Assembly (NCBI RefSeq): GCF_009914755.1
Contig: NC_060946.1
DNA length: 64,000 bases
Reading direction: 5' to 3' (one strand)
From: the human T2T-CHM13v2.0 reference genome, Homo sapiens
Below the pieces are notes generated by a model. It was not told the DNA's origin. It saw nothing but the letters and a program-made list of their open reading frames with translations, and made no database searches. Position 1 is the stretch's first letter. Every line of letters begins with the position of its first letter. Below, piece by piece: positions 15,336-27,922 of the stretch. The position numbers and the translations under genes were made by a program.

Positions 15336-17042
15336 AAAAAAGCCTGAAGAATACAAGGTTAACACAAACTCCAGAGAATATGCTGCTTGCAGCTTTAATG
15401 ATTGTACCAACGGTGGTAAGTCTCCCTATGTCTGCAGGAGCAGCTGCAGCTAATTATACTTACTTGGCCTATGTGCCTTTCCCACCCTTAATTCGGACAG
15501 TCACTTGGATAGATAATCCTATTGAAGTATATGTTAATAATAGTGCATGGGTACCAGGCCCCACAGATGACCGTGGCCCTGCCCAACCTGAAGAAGAAGG
15601 AATGATGATAAACATTTCCATTGGGTATCATTATCCTCCTATTTGCCTGGGGAAAGCACCAGGATGCTTAATACCTACAACCCAAAATTGGTTGGTAGAA
15701 GTACCTACTGTCAGTGCCATCAGCAGATTTACTTATCACACGGTAAGTGGAATGTCACTCAGGCCACAGATAAATAATTTACAGGATTTTTCTTATCAAA
15801 GATCATTACAATCTAGGCCTAAGGGGAAGCCTTGCCCCAAGGAAATTCCCAAAGAATCAAAAAGCCCAGAAGTCCTAGTTTGGGAAGAATGTGTGGCTGA
15901 TACTGCAGTGGTACTACAAAACAATGAATTTGGAACTATTATAAACTGGGCTCCTTGAGGCCAATTATATCATAATTGTGCAGGCCAGACTCAACCATGT
16001 TGACAGGTCCCATCCATCTGGCCCATTAATCTGGCCTATGAAAGGCTGGACCAGGTTTATAGTAGGTTAGAATCACTCTATCCATGGAAATGGGGTGTGT
16101 AAAACCCCCTTATATGCTAGTTGTAGGAAACAGAGTTATTAAACCAGATTCCCAAACTATAACCTGTGAAAATTGTAGATTGTTTACTTGCATTGATTCA
16201 ACTTTGGATTGGCAACACCGTATTCTGCTAGTGAGGGCAAGAGAGGGCATGGGGATCCCTGTGTCCATGGACCAACAGTGGGAGGGTTCCCCATCCATCC
16301 ATATTTTAACAGAAGTATTAAAAGGAGTTCTAACTAGATCCAAAAGATTCATTTTTACTTTGATTGCAGTGATTATGGGTCTTATCACAGCTACTGCTGC
16401 GGCTGCTGGAATTGCTTTACACTCCTCTGTTCAAACTGCAGAATATGTGAATAATTGGCAAAAGAATTCCTCAAAATTGTGGAATTCTCATACCCAAATA
16501 GATCAAAAATTGGCAAACCAAATTAATGATCTTAGACAAACTGTAATTTGGATGGGAGATAGGCTCATGAGCTTGGAATACCTTTTTCAGTTACAGTGTG
16601 ACTGGAATATATCAGATTTTTGTATTACACCTCGAGCTTATAATGAATCTGAACATCACTAGGACATGGTGAGATGCCATCTACAAGGAAGAGAAGATAA
16701 TCTTACCTTAGAGATTTCAAAATTAAAAGAACAAATTTTTGAGGCATCAAAAGCCCAGTTAAATCTGGTACCAGAAACTGAGGCAATCATGAAAGCTGTT
16801 GATAGCCTCACAAATCTTAACCCTGCCACTTGGGTTGAAAACATTGGAAGTTCCACCATTGAAATTTTTGTATTAATCCTTGTATGTCCGTTCTCTCTGT
16901 TGTTAGTCTACAGGTGTATCCAGCAGCTCTGGAGAGACAGTGACCAGTGAGAATGGACCATGATGACCATGGCAGTTTTGTCAAAAAGAAAAGGGGGATA
17001 TGTAGGGAAAAGAGAGATCAGACTGTTACTGTGTCTATGTAG
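15154..17042 (+). pseudogene. env: HML-2 env/rec (type 2), disrupted, with internal SU deletion
   Basis: MNPSEMQRK... leader present (292-bp region retained); RSKR|[13 protein letters not shown] cleavage site and fusion peptide; [14 protein letters not shown]; stops at 15958, 16662 and 16950. Confidence 0.93.
16984..17000 (+). promoter_or_regulatory. Polypurine tract
   Basis: AAAAGAAAAGGGGGATA immediately before the TG of the 3' LTR. Confidence 0.9.
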
Positions 17043-18005
17043 AAAGGGAAGACATAAGAAATTCCATTTTGATCTGTACCTTGAAAAATTGTTTTGCTGA
17101 GATGCTGTTAATTTGTAACTTTGCCCCAGCCACTTTGCCCCAACTTTGAGCTCACAAAAACATGTGTTATATGGAATCAAGGTTTAAGAGATCTAGGGCT
17201 GGGCAGGATGTGCCTTGCTAACAAAATATTTACAAGCAGTATGCTTGGTAAAACTCATTGCCATTCTCTAGTCTCAATAAACCAGGGGCACAATGCACTG
17301 CAAAAAGCCACAGGGACCTCTGCCCTGGAAAGCCGGGTATTGTCCAAGGTTTGTCCCCATGTGATAGTCTGAAATGTGGCCACATGGGATGAGAAAGACA
17401 GGACTGTCCCCCAGCCTGACACCTGTAAAGGGTCTGTGCTGAGGTGGATTAGTAAAAGAGGAAAGCCTCTTGCAGTTGAGATAGAGGAAGGCCACTGTCT
17501 CCTGCCTGTCCCTGGGAACTTAATGTCTCGGTATAAAACCCGATTGTACATTTGTTCAATTCTGAGATAAGAGGAAAACTGCCCTATGGTGGGAGGCAAG
17601 ACATGTTGGCAGCAATGCTGCCTCGTTATTCTTTACTCCACTGAGATGTTTGGGTGGGAAGAAACATAAATCTGGCCCACGTGTACATCCAGGCATAGTA
17701 CCTCCCCTTGAACTTAATTATGATATAGATTCTTTTGCTCACGTGTTTTTTTGCTGACCTTCTCCTTATTATCACCCTGCTCTCCTACTGCATTCCTCTT
17801 GCTGAGATAATGAAAATAATACTCAATAAAAACTGAGGGAACTCAGAGACCGGTGCTGGTGCAGGTCCTTGGTATGCTGAGTGCAGGTCCCCTGGGCCCA
17901 CTATTCTTTCTCTATAGTTTGTCTTGTATCTTATTTCTTTTCTCAGTCTCTCATCCCACCTGATGAGATATACCCACAGGTGTGGAGGGCCAGGCCACCC
18001 CTTCA
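17001..18005 (+). mobile_element. 3' LTR (LTR5A-like)
   Basis: TGTAGGGAAAAGAGAGATCAG...CCCCTTCA; differs from the 5' LTR by several percent by eye. Confidence 0.93.
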
Positions 18006-18399
18006 AACATAAACTTATGTTTAGTTTAATATAGATACACACAGTTCTACATAGAAAACTTTATAATCAGCTGTGTATAGGTAGGTTAGACACACACATA
18101 TACTTCCTAGCATTGCTAATGAGGGACAAGATACAATGTGCTAATTCAACAGCCAGATGTAAGTTTTCCTACCATTCTGAAAGGAATCAGGCTCTTTGAA
18201 GAAATGTCTGATACTAGAACTGGGACAGTAAATATAGGAGCCAGGATAATCTTGAAGTATCAGAAAGTAAGTACTAAAAAAAATTAAAATATATCAAAGA
18301 AAAATAAGAGCCAATAATAACAGCTACCGAAGGCCAACACAGGAATGAATTGTGCAACACAATGCTGCAGTGTTGAATAATAACTGAAGCTTAAAGTAA

Positions 18400-19095
18400 T
18401 TATCTAGGTGTCTGTATTTGTATACATAGGTGAATAAGCTAATGGAGTTGCATAGAAATCTCCTTTGCAAAAGAATTCCAAATAATTGATGTAGACACTC
18501 AGCCATCAGGAAGGTGGAGCCAACTCCTCACTCCATGAGTGTGGGCTCTGCATAGTGACTTGCTCCAAAAGAACACATGCAGTATGGACAAGGAGGAAAA
18601 ATAACTTCACAGTGGAGAAACCTGACAAACAGTAGCTCTGCCAAATGATCCAAGTGAACATCAAAAATGACAGTTTACCGTGAGAACATGAAGTGAAAAT
18701 GGGGGACATTCTACAAAATTCCTGACCAATCCTCCTCAGTACTGTCAAGGTCATCATGAGATGGAAAGCCTGACACACTGTCACAGCCAGGAAGAGCCTA
18801 TGTGATGACTACATGTCGTGCGGGATCCTGGATGGGATCCTGGGTCAGAGTAAGACAGAACTAAGGGAGTCCAAATGAAATGTGAACTTTAGTTAATAAT
18901 AGTCTATCAGTATTGGTTCATTAACTGTGACAAATTATGTAAGATATTAATAAGCCATGTGAGACACACTGATAGAAGATGTTAATGAGAGGAAACTAGG
19001 TTGTGGCTACATGGGAAATCTCTGCTTTTTTTTTTTTTTTTTTTTGGTAATTTCTGTGTAAGTAAAAAAAAAAGATGTAAAATAAAACTTTATTT
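18400..19095 (+). mobile_element. Ancient L1M (L1MC-like) 3' end
   Basis: GGGATCCTGGATGGGATCCTGG..ACTTTAGTTAATAAT..ATTGGTTCATTAACTGTGACAAAT motif; limits approximate. Confidence 0.5.
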
Positions 19096-19981
19096 AAAAC
19101 CTTTTTATATTTTTTAATGCTTCCTTGCTTAATTATTTATACCGTGAATTACTAGTAATTGACACTGTTAACTAGTCCTGTTTTTTTAAATAAGAGCATT
19201 TATGACACAAAAAATTAAACAGTGCAGACTGATATATAAATCAAAACAAATGCTCTGTACATGTTTTCTGTTACAGTAGTAACACATATGTGTAAACTTA
19301 ATTATCGTATTTTTGTCTTGTGCTATGGTTGTGTCCTGGTTCATTCTCTAAAATGCTGATCACCTTAGACCAGGAAAAAAAATAAACTTACAGGATCTGT
19401 TTCAATTCATGGCTAAATATTTTCAAAAGAGTGACTGTAAAAATATGTTCCAATGGCAAATTGATTCATTGTCATGGGATCACTTATTCTAAAGACTTCT
19501 TGTCTTTACTTTGTTCCCATGCCTACCTTTTAGCCATAATACAACAGAATCAAATATTGGCCATTGGGAAAAAATATTCAAAGAAAGAAAGAATGTGAAC
19601 AGAACTTACAACCATGATGATTCAATGTTTTACCACAATGCTTTCTAAAAATAAGAGTGTAAAAGGATATTCAAAGTCAATTTCCTCAGCGAGGCTTTGC
19701 AGAAAATGAGGAAACTAAAGAAACAAAAATGGCAGGACGTTCTACGGGTGATTTTAGATGTTGCTATGTTTTATGGGAAAAAAATACTTTACCTTTTAAA
19801 GAATCACTAAGAATTATTGGAAACCCAAACTCTGGAATGTTTGCAAATTTAGTTGAGCTTCTGTGTAATTATGTCTATGTAGCTAGGCATGAAGTTGATG
19901 ATTTTTTAAAAATCTTTGCCTTATTTGTGTAATAAAATACACAATAAATAATTAATGTTCATAGGAAAACATGTTAGACCT

Positions 19982-20425
19982 TGTGAAGGGAAAATAAATC
20001 TTGGGGACCCAAAATCGCTAAGCTAAAGGGAAAAGTCAAGCTGGGAACTGCTTAGGGCAAATCTGCCTCCCATTCTATCCAAAGTCACCCATCTGCTCAC
20101 CGAGACAAATGCATATCTGATTGCCTCATTTGGAGAGGGTAATCAGCAAAGCAAAAGAATGAAACCATTTGTCTCTTACCTACTTATGACCTGGAAGCCC
20201 CCTGTCTGGCCTTCTCACCTTTCTGGACTGAACCAATGTACATCTTGCACATATTGATTGATGTCTCATGTCTCCCTAAAGTGTATAAAACCAAGCTGTG
20301 CCTCGACCACCTTGGGCCCATGTTGTCAGGACTTCCTGAGGAGGCATCATGGGGGCGCATCCTCAAACTTGGCAAGTAAACTTTCTAAAAAATCCGAGAG
20401 CTGTTTCAGATTTTCAGGGTTCATA
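19982..20425 (+). mobile_element. MER4A-like ERV1 solo LTR
   Basis: TGTGAAGGGAAAATAAATCTTGGGGACCC..AAGCTAAAGGGAAAAGTCAAGCTGGGAACTGCTTAGGGCAAA start. Confidence 0.8.
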
Positions 20426-21110
20426 CATGTAATATAGTATGTCAATGTTTATAAAACAGACATTATTCTGTCTACTATTACAACTATGCTGCCAATTAAC
20501 TTTAGACTTTCTCAACAAAATAAAAAATGATGAGGTACCAACAATATATTTAAACTTAAATAATGTTGCAAGTTTTAATATGCCTACTTTTCAATTTTTC
20601 AATACTATTTTTACTACTTTAACACTGTAAGAAAAATGAGCAATTAAAACATGAATAAAAGTGTTTACAGGGGGTGCACATGTTTCCTCCAGCCTCTGCC
20701 CATCCCCAGCTTTCATCCCAACTCTTCTGATGGTGGCTCTAAGCATTTCCCCTGTCTCTATACCAAGATCTCTCCCCAGAAACAAGCCCAAATCTTACCA
20801 TATGTTATGGCACGCTATGGTGATGAGAAGCGATGAGCAGCCGAAGCCTCAAGGAAAGGATGCTTTTGTAAAACAAGACTTGTAGAATAAAACATGTGAA
20901 AGTAAAGCCCATGGCAGAGCTCCCTCCTCAGCACATGGGGAGCAGACAGGAAGTTTTTCCTCACCTTCCTCAATGGCCAGCAGCCACGTCTGCCCAGGTC
21001 AGTCTTAAGGACAATGAAACTCTGGTCTTCACTGTAGACATGCTACCAGGTGCTCCAAAGCCATGGTGACCCACCCTCGGGTGGGTCCTGAGGAGAACAA
21101 AGCTCTGGTT

Positions 21111-21302
21111 CTAATCCTAACCCTAACCCTGTCCCAAGACTTTGACCCTGAACCTAAACACTGATCCCTACCCTGGGCCCCAATTCTCACCCTTACTTTG
21201 ACCCTGATTTTGATCTTGACCCTGACCTTGACCCCACCTCTAACCATATTTCTGGCCCTGACTCTGACCCAGATCCTAATCCTAACCCTAACCCTAACCC
21301 TA
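21111..21302. repeat. Degenerate internal telomere-like tract
   Basis: 6-bp periodic CCCTAA/CCCTGA/CCTTGA units with perfect CCCTAA runs at both ends; same polarity as the terminal array. Confidence 0.88.
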
Positions 21303-21549
21303 TTATTATCTTTATGATCTATCTCTAATCTTACCCTCTAGTGCTAAATAGCTGTATCCAACAGCACTTTTAAATTGTTTAACTTCTTTTCCTTGAATTC
21401 TCTAAGGATATCCTAAAGGAGATGTCATTATGTATTTTGCATTCCCTCTGAGTGGTATGGCTTCAGATATGCAGTTCTAATACTTTGCAAGACATAAAAA
21501 GTTTGGAGGGAAATAGCACCGGGTTGTTAGGGATGCATGTTTGCATTCA

Positions 21550-21961
21550 TGATAGTCATTGGTGCTGTTCTCCAAATATTTTCAGTTCATTTGTTTGTGA
21601 ATGCATTCTGACTGTTCCATCCCACCTACTTAAATTTTCCCATGGCCACATGACTTTTTTGTTTGTTTGTTTGTTTTTTGCCAACGGAGGTGAGAAGAAA
21701 TAACATGTGACTTTTTCAGAAGAAATCTCCAAGAAACAGAGTTCTATTCCGCATGCTTTTTTCTTTTTTCTATAGCAATGGGGATCTTATTGATGGTCCC
21801 TCCTTCCGTCTGGATTCCTGTGTTAGGATGACACAGCACAGAGCTACCTCACATCTGACCCATGATGAGATGTAAATAAATGAGGAAAAAGATTTTTGAA
21901 CCACTGAAATTTGGAGGTTGTTTGTCACCACAGTTTAACCTAGCCCCCATTGACTGATGCA
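21550..21961 (+). mobile_element. Old MaLR LTR (MLT1-like)
   Basis: GGCCACATGACTT.. and CCACTGAAATTTGGAGGTTGTTTGTCACCACAG..TGACTGATGCA end motif. Confidence 0.55.
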
Positions 21962-23759
21962 GGGCTGAAGAATGAGTCTGAACTGGATCTGGACAAGACA
22001 TGTGAAGAGGACTGCAGGCTGAGTAAAACTCAAGTGTTGTCTCAAAGATAACAGTGAGCACAATATGTTATTAGGGTGAGTGTGGGATAAATAAGGTATA
22101 TCAGGTGAGAATAATGAGAAACTCAACTTCAAAAGATGGTGCTGATTTGGACTGTGGAGAGATTCAAATGCCCTGCTTAGCATTTGAGATTGTGATGGTT
22201 GAACAAACTAATTAAGAGCCCAAAATGAAGGCTTGGGATAAATATCTGAGGGTGTCTAATATCCCAATTTTTCATCCTAGAGTGGGCAGAGTCCTTGATC
22301 CCATTCTAGGGAGACTTCCAAAATAAAAAAGACCTGCATTTCTTCAACAACCCACATTGAGAGACTTTCCTGCACTTTTGACCTATGGTTAACACTCCTC
22401 ACCTTTCATTCTGTCATCAGTGTTTTGGGGAAACACCTTTAACTCTCTATGATTTACAGGTTATGAAGTGGCCCTTATAATTCCTCCCAGGGGTGGAAAA
22501 GACTAATGATGATGGTGTCTGAGCTCACAGCCACAAGCAGGCATGTGTGTTCAGCAGCCATGTGGCTCATGTGCTAGGAGCTTACTAAATACAATGTTCT
22601 ACATCATTGCTTAACACAAGGGGAGATGCTCCTGACTCAGAGGGTTTAATTGCTCACCTGCTTCTTTTTCTGCCCTCTTGGGCTCCTAAAATGAAAAGAA
22701 TCCTGGGGTGATAAAGTGAGTCAAAGGGGTGCCAGCCACATCACAGCAAAATAGATTCCTAAAAAAATCCCTGGCCTAAGATGACAGCCTTGGCTGGATA
22801 AGTTTGAATGTGCTGATAGTGGACATGGTAGAATGAAGGTGGTTGAAATGTTCATATTAAAGAACTTCTACCCAGATTGCAAGAAAAGAGAGAGGAATGG
22901 AGATGGCAGCATGATTCCCTATAATAAAAGCAGATGATTTAAGATCAGTTATCTTTGTTCTGAAAAAAATAAAGACAGAAACAAAAGTTTAGCCCGAGGC
23001 TACAATTAATTGGGCAATAAGTGAGAGGCACATATGGCATAGACAGATTTAAATATTTCTCCCTTATATTAATACAAATACTAAAATTACAAATAAATTG
23101 ATTCCAAATAAAACAAATATTTAAAAAACTTAATGAATAAACACCGGAGTCTACAGTAGTGTTCGAAGGAGATCTCACAAACAAGTTTGGTTTTTGAAGG
23201 TTAGAACTGATGGTCTAGAGAATTCATTTCATTCCAGAGAGAGAAAGAGAGGAATTTTTTAAAAAGAACACTTGCAGTGTTTGAAGTGACAAAGGCTGCT
23301 GTGACAAAAAAGAAGGGAAAGGGAATTTTTTTTAAAAAAGCAAGCAACAACAACAAAACCCCACAAAAAAGCAGACAACAAACAAACAAAAAACAGAGGA
23401 AGAAGTCAAAACATGCTGGGCTGTGACTACTTCCAGGAAGGGGCTACAAGAGGCAGCTGGAAATTCTATTTGCTTTGCAACTGTGAGTTTTCCGGCCTGC
23501 TTCCTTTCTAAAGTATATTACTTTGTTTTTGGTTCATGAAGTTATCCATTTCTGTTTTCTGGAACAGCTATGTATTTTCTTTATCTATCATCTGTCTACC
23601 TGCCTATCATCTATCTATTTACTATCTATCTTTTCTACCTTTCACTATCAAGAGCTTGGGTCAAGCAGGATAGAATTCCAGTGTATGTTCACTCTACCAT
23701 TTAAAACAAGAGCTCTTGTAGGCATTCTCCAACACATCATAAACCTGAGCTTTCTAAAA

Positions 23760-23980
23760 CAGGGTGTGGCAAACTACCATTCATGGGCCATGTCTGACAT
23801 AGTCTGCGTTTGTAAGAAAAGTTGTAATGGGACACAGCCACATACATGTGTTTCATAATGTCTCTGGCTACTTTCATGGTATAACGGAAGAGCTGAGTCA
23901 TTGAGAGAGGGACCACATGGCTTGGAAAACTTAAAATATTTAACATTTAGCCCTTCGCAGAAAATATTTGCTGACTCTTG
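23760..23980 (+). mobile_element. MER58-like hAT/Charlie DNA transposon
   Basis: CAGGGTGTGGCAAACT ... ATTTGCTGACTCTTG terminal inverted repeats; about 220 bp. Confidence 0.7.
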
Positions 23981-26900
23981 TTTTTAAAGATCTCTGTTTA
24001 GAATGCTAACTATTGCCTTCTGGATAGAATCACAACTCTTTACCACAATCAACACAGCTTCAACCCTGCTTCTATATCCAGCCTCATCTATTATTTCCGC
24101 TCCTCCTCCTTATTTTCCTTCTGGCCATGCTGATGGATTGTCAGCTTCCCGGATGTGCAAGAATCTCTCCTCCTTTCCCGACATTCTCATGCTCTCCCTC
24201 TGCCTCTCAAGAACTTCCTGTCCCATCTCTCATGACGAATCTCTTCTTCATTCTTTAAGATGCAGCTCCTTTGCTCCTTCCTTAAAGATGTCTGTCTGGC
24301 TCTATTTTGGGTGACATGCTCCTTCTGCATCTCCCAGAGCCAGCCTGTGTGTGTCAGCTACAGCATTTATTTGCATCTCTGTGTCATATATCACCAAATC
24401 TGCCTAAGCTTGCGTGAGTCACTGCATGACAACTTCAGCCTCCACCAGCATTGTCCCCACTAACCATGAGGCTTAGATATTTGTCCAGTATGCTCGGGGT
24501 TGTGGAGTGGTAGCAGTAACCAACTGGTGAGCATCATTTCTTACATCAGAATCAAATCTGTAGATCTCTGCAATTCATAAGTATTTGGAGTTTAAAATTA
24601 GCATAAAGATTTTCTTTAAAATAAGAACAAATGGCTTGAGTAGGCTTTTGGAATGTATAATACTTCTGCTGGCTCCTTTCAGTGTTCAGTATTCCCACAT
24701 GAATCTAAACACAACTCTGCTCTTAGTAGCTGTGTGACCCTGGGAAAGTCACTCAATCTCCCTCAGCTAAATTTTGTTGTGTGAGTAATGAGAAGAGAGT
24801 TGTGATTTGTATTTAGTGAGTAATAACAAACAAAAGGCATTTAGCTTTCTGGAACCTGGTATGTAGTAGATCCTCATGAAATACTAACTCTGTTGATAAA
24901 ACTAGACTGAAAGAAGCTTTCAAAGTCAACAGCAGTATCATGCAGGGAAGGATGTAGATGAGAAGCTGCTGCTGCTGCTGCTGCAGCCTACAGCTCCTGG
25001 AGGCCCGTTTTGTCCATGATTTAGCAGGAATGCACTACCTTTCCATGAGGAGACACTGCCCACAGAAACCAAGGCCATTCTTTGAAGACAAACATGTTTT
25101 AATAGCCTTTACATTATGTAATAGTGTAATATAAATAATAATTTATTTACATTATTCTGTTATAACTTTTGTACAGAGCTTTACACCTAGATATTCTGAA
25201 GTTGGTGGTCTGTGAGTGGCATCAAGTGGTGAGTGACACACTCTGACCTTGGGTAGAACAACACGTGCCCCTGCAGTTTGCTGAATTTCAGGGCATCACC
25301 ACCTGTTTTCAAGAGTGTTTTTTCCTATCCTCTAGAGTTTTGCCCACTTAAGCAATGGTTTTACTGTAATAAAGAATTACACTATTTATCAAAATATTAC
25401 TTTGGAGAATACCGGTTCACATAGTTCATTTTCAAGTTTTCTTAAACTATCAGGCCCATAACTAATGCCAGTGGCTCCAAGGATGAGAAGGTAAAAAGGC
25501 CTTTTTTTGGGGGGGGGGGCAAGGCAAAAAAACACCACATTTCAAACTTTACCGTCTCATGCTAGTCCCTGGAAAATTAGAAGTGAACACACTCCCCTCC
25601 CAGCCCAATCACAGCTAACGAATAACCAAGATCTCCCTCAGGTGCCTTTGCCTTGGCTTTGTGAGCCTGGAGTTGCTGGCCGGCACTGGGCAGCAGGCAG
25701 CAGAGCTGGTCCCATTTCTCCATGCTTTACCCACTCTTTGGGGGACACAGGCACATTGAACAACCTGGGTCCTGGCCTGGCGCTGGCTGGGAAGCTATTT
25801 GATGTCAGGCTGAATGTGGACTTCTGAGTTGAAAAGAGAGTATGGGTCACCCTGCCCCACTTACTCATTTTACCAAGAACGAAAATGGGGATCTATTCCA
25901 GACATGATAGTATACATTGTAAGGCTGTGCAAGCTTGCTGCACTTGTATCCACTCAGCACACACTTACTGAGTGCCAAGTGTCTCCAGCATGAAAGGCGC
26001 TCTAGTTCCCGGGGTCCCACCCTCCACAGAGGACAGCAGCACCTTGAGGGACGGAGGTGCAAAGAGCAAGGTGGGGGCTCTTCTGCTGGAGAGGCAGCTA
26101 GGGAGGGTCCTTAGAAGAAGTGACAGCTGAGTTCTTCTCTGAAGGGTGAAGCTGAATTACTTGAAGCTTAGGGTGAAGGGGTGTCCAGGGAAGTGGAGCC
26201 TGTGAGCCAAAAGCATAATGACTTGTCCAGAGAAGTGTAACAAGTTCCATATTGTTTCTATGCCAAATCTGCACAAGAGTCACCACAGGAAAGAGCAGGA
26301 TCCTGGAGCCAGGGCCTTGGATTTCACCTGCTGGCAATGGAAATGTTCACTGGGAATTTTGGGGGGCAAAACATGAAAATGTTTCCTCTTAGCTCCAATT
26401 CTCTGTCTCTCTGTCTCTTTCTGTCCCTCTCTCTCTCCTTTATCTTTAATTTTTGTATTATCCTAAGAAAACACAGATGTCTCAGACATGGGGATTAGCA
26501 GCCTGCCTCTTTCTGGATGACTTCAGGGGAGCACTTCAGCCTCTGTGAGCTTATTTACAATAATTCACAAATCTTGCCAAAAAAAAAGTCATGGTAGCAG
26601 AGGTTAGAAAATCTCCTAGTGTTTCTTCTGACACTTTGAATTTATGATTAATATGTTTAATCTTCATCTTCTGAAAAGTCACCAGTTACACAGTCAGGAC
26701 CATAAAGGGAGTCTGTTTCTGTGGTTTGTGGCTTCAACAGTCAAAGGTTTTGCAGCAACAGCATTGCATGTGGGTTTTAGGCTGATGATGCTCAACAGTG
26801 GACAATTCTCTTCACCTGCCTGGGCCCCACTGCCCGCCCTTCCAAACAGTGCAGGGTCACAGCTGAGCTCTCTGAGACACCTCACAGGATCTCAGCTTCT

Positions 26901-27922
26901 AAACTATCAAGTGTCTTCTAGGTGAAGGCTTGGTCTCATAGCCTTTGTGGTTTCCTCCAGGTAACACTTGGTTTTCTGACCTAACCCTGGTATATGTGTG
27001 ACACATGTGTGAATGTGCTCCCTGTGGCAGCGCTGAGGAAGGACTCAGTCATCACAGATGCTGAAAGGCAAATGCAGTGTGCTTTTTTCCAACATCTCCA
27101 GTCTTGTATTATTTTTACCCATCAGCCCATTTGAAAAAGAAAAAAAAAGCCTCCTGTTAGAATTAAATCCCCTCTGGAGATAATGAGTATTTTTTAAATC
27201 TTTCATTTTTTTTATATAGTCATGTTTGCTCCCAGTTCCTGCCAGGATCCACTAGAGGGCAGAGACACCTGTGTGTATTTGTGTAGCACTTGCTGAGTGG
27301 TAATAAAAACAGATATCCTGTCCTTCCAGAGCCAACCTCCAGTGCCAGGGCAAGCAGCAGCAAGTAAGAAAACCTTGGTTTCTGTATCTGCATCAGCTAC
27401 ACAGTGCTTGCACACAGGAGATATCAGCCAGTTTTCTCAGTTAAAGAGACAGAAACAAAATGTGTCCTCACTACTTTTTGAATTTACCATGTTATCTAAT
27501 ATTTTAACTTAATTGAATGAATAAACTCCCTATGCATCTGGACACATGCATGGAAAATTCACAAACATTTCAAACCAAAACAGAGTATTTTGCCAAAAGA
27601 AAATTTCTTAGATATGTGAAGTTCACTTTTTTCTTTTAGTGATTTTAATGTAATGAAATTGAAAACTCTGTGCTTCTAAAAGACTTTTTAAGGAGCACGG
27701 TATTTTTCCATTTTGAAAAAAAATTGGCAAAATATCTTCTAATATAGATAGAAGGTAATTGGCTGAGGGTAATAAACAGAAGATTAAAAAACAACCTTTA
27801 TCCCCTGATATTCTGTCAAGGGCTACAGTGAATTACACACCCTGGCATGGGTTTGTACACCATGTGCTGGAAGCCAGCAGTCATGCAGGCCATGCTCTCC
27901 CACACTTAGAAAAGAAGCCCAT

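Noticed and set aside
24965-24984. Short (GCT)n run, and a G12 run near 25509
   Set aside because: Too short to be notable and not in any supported exon.
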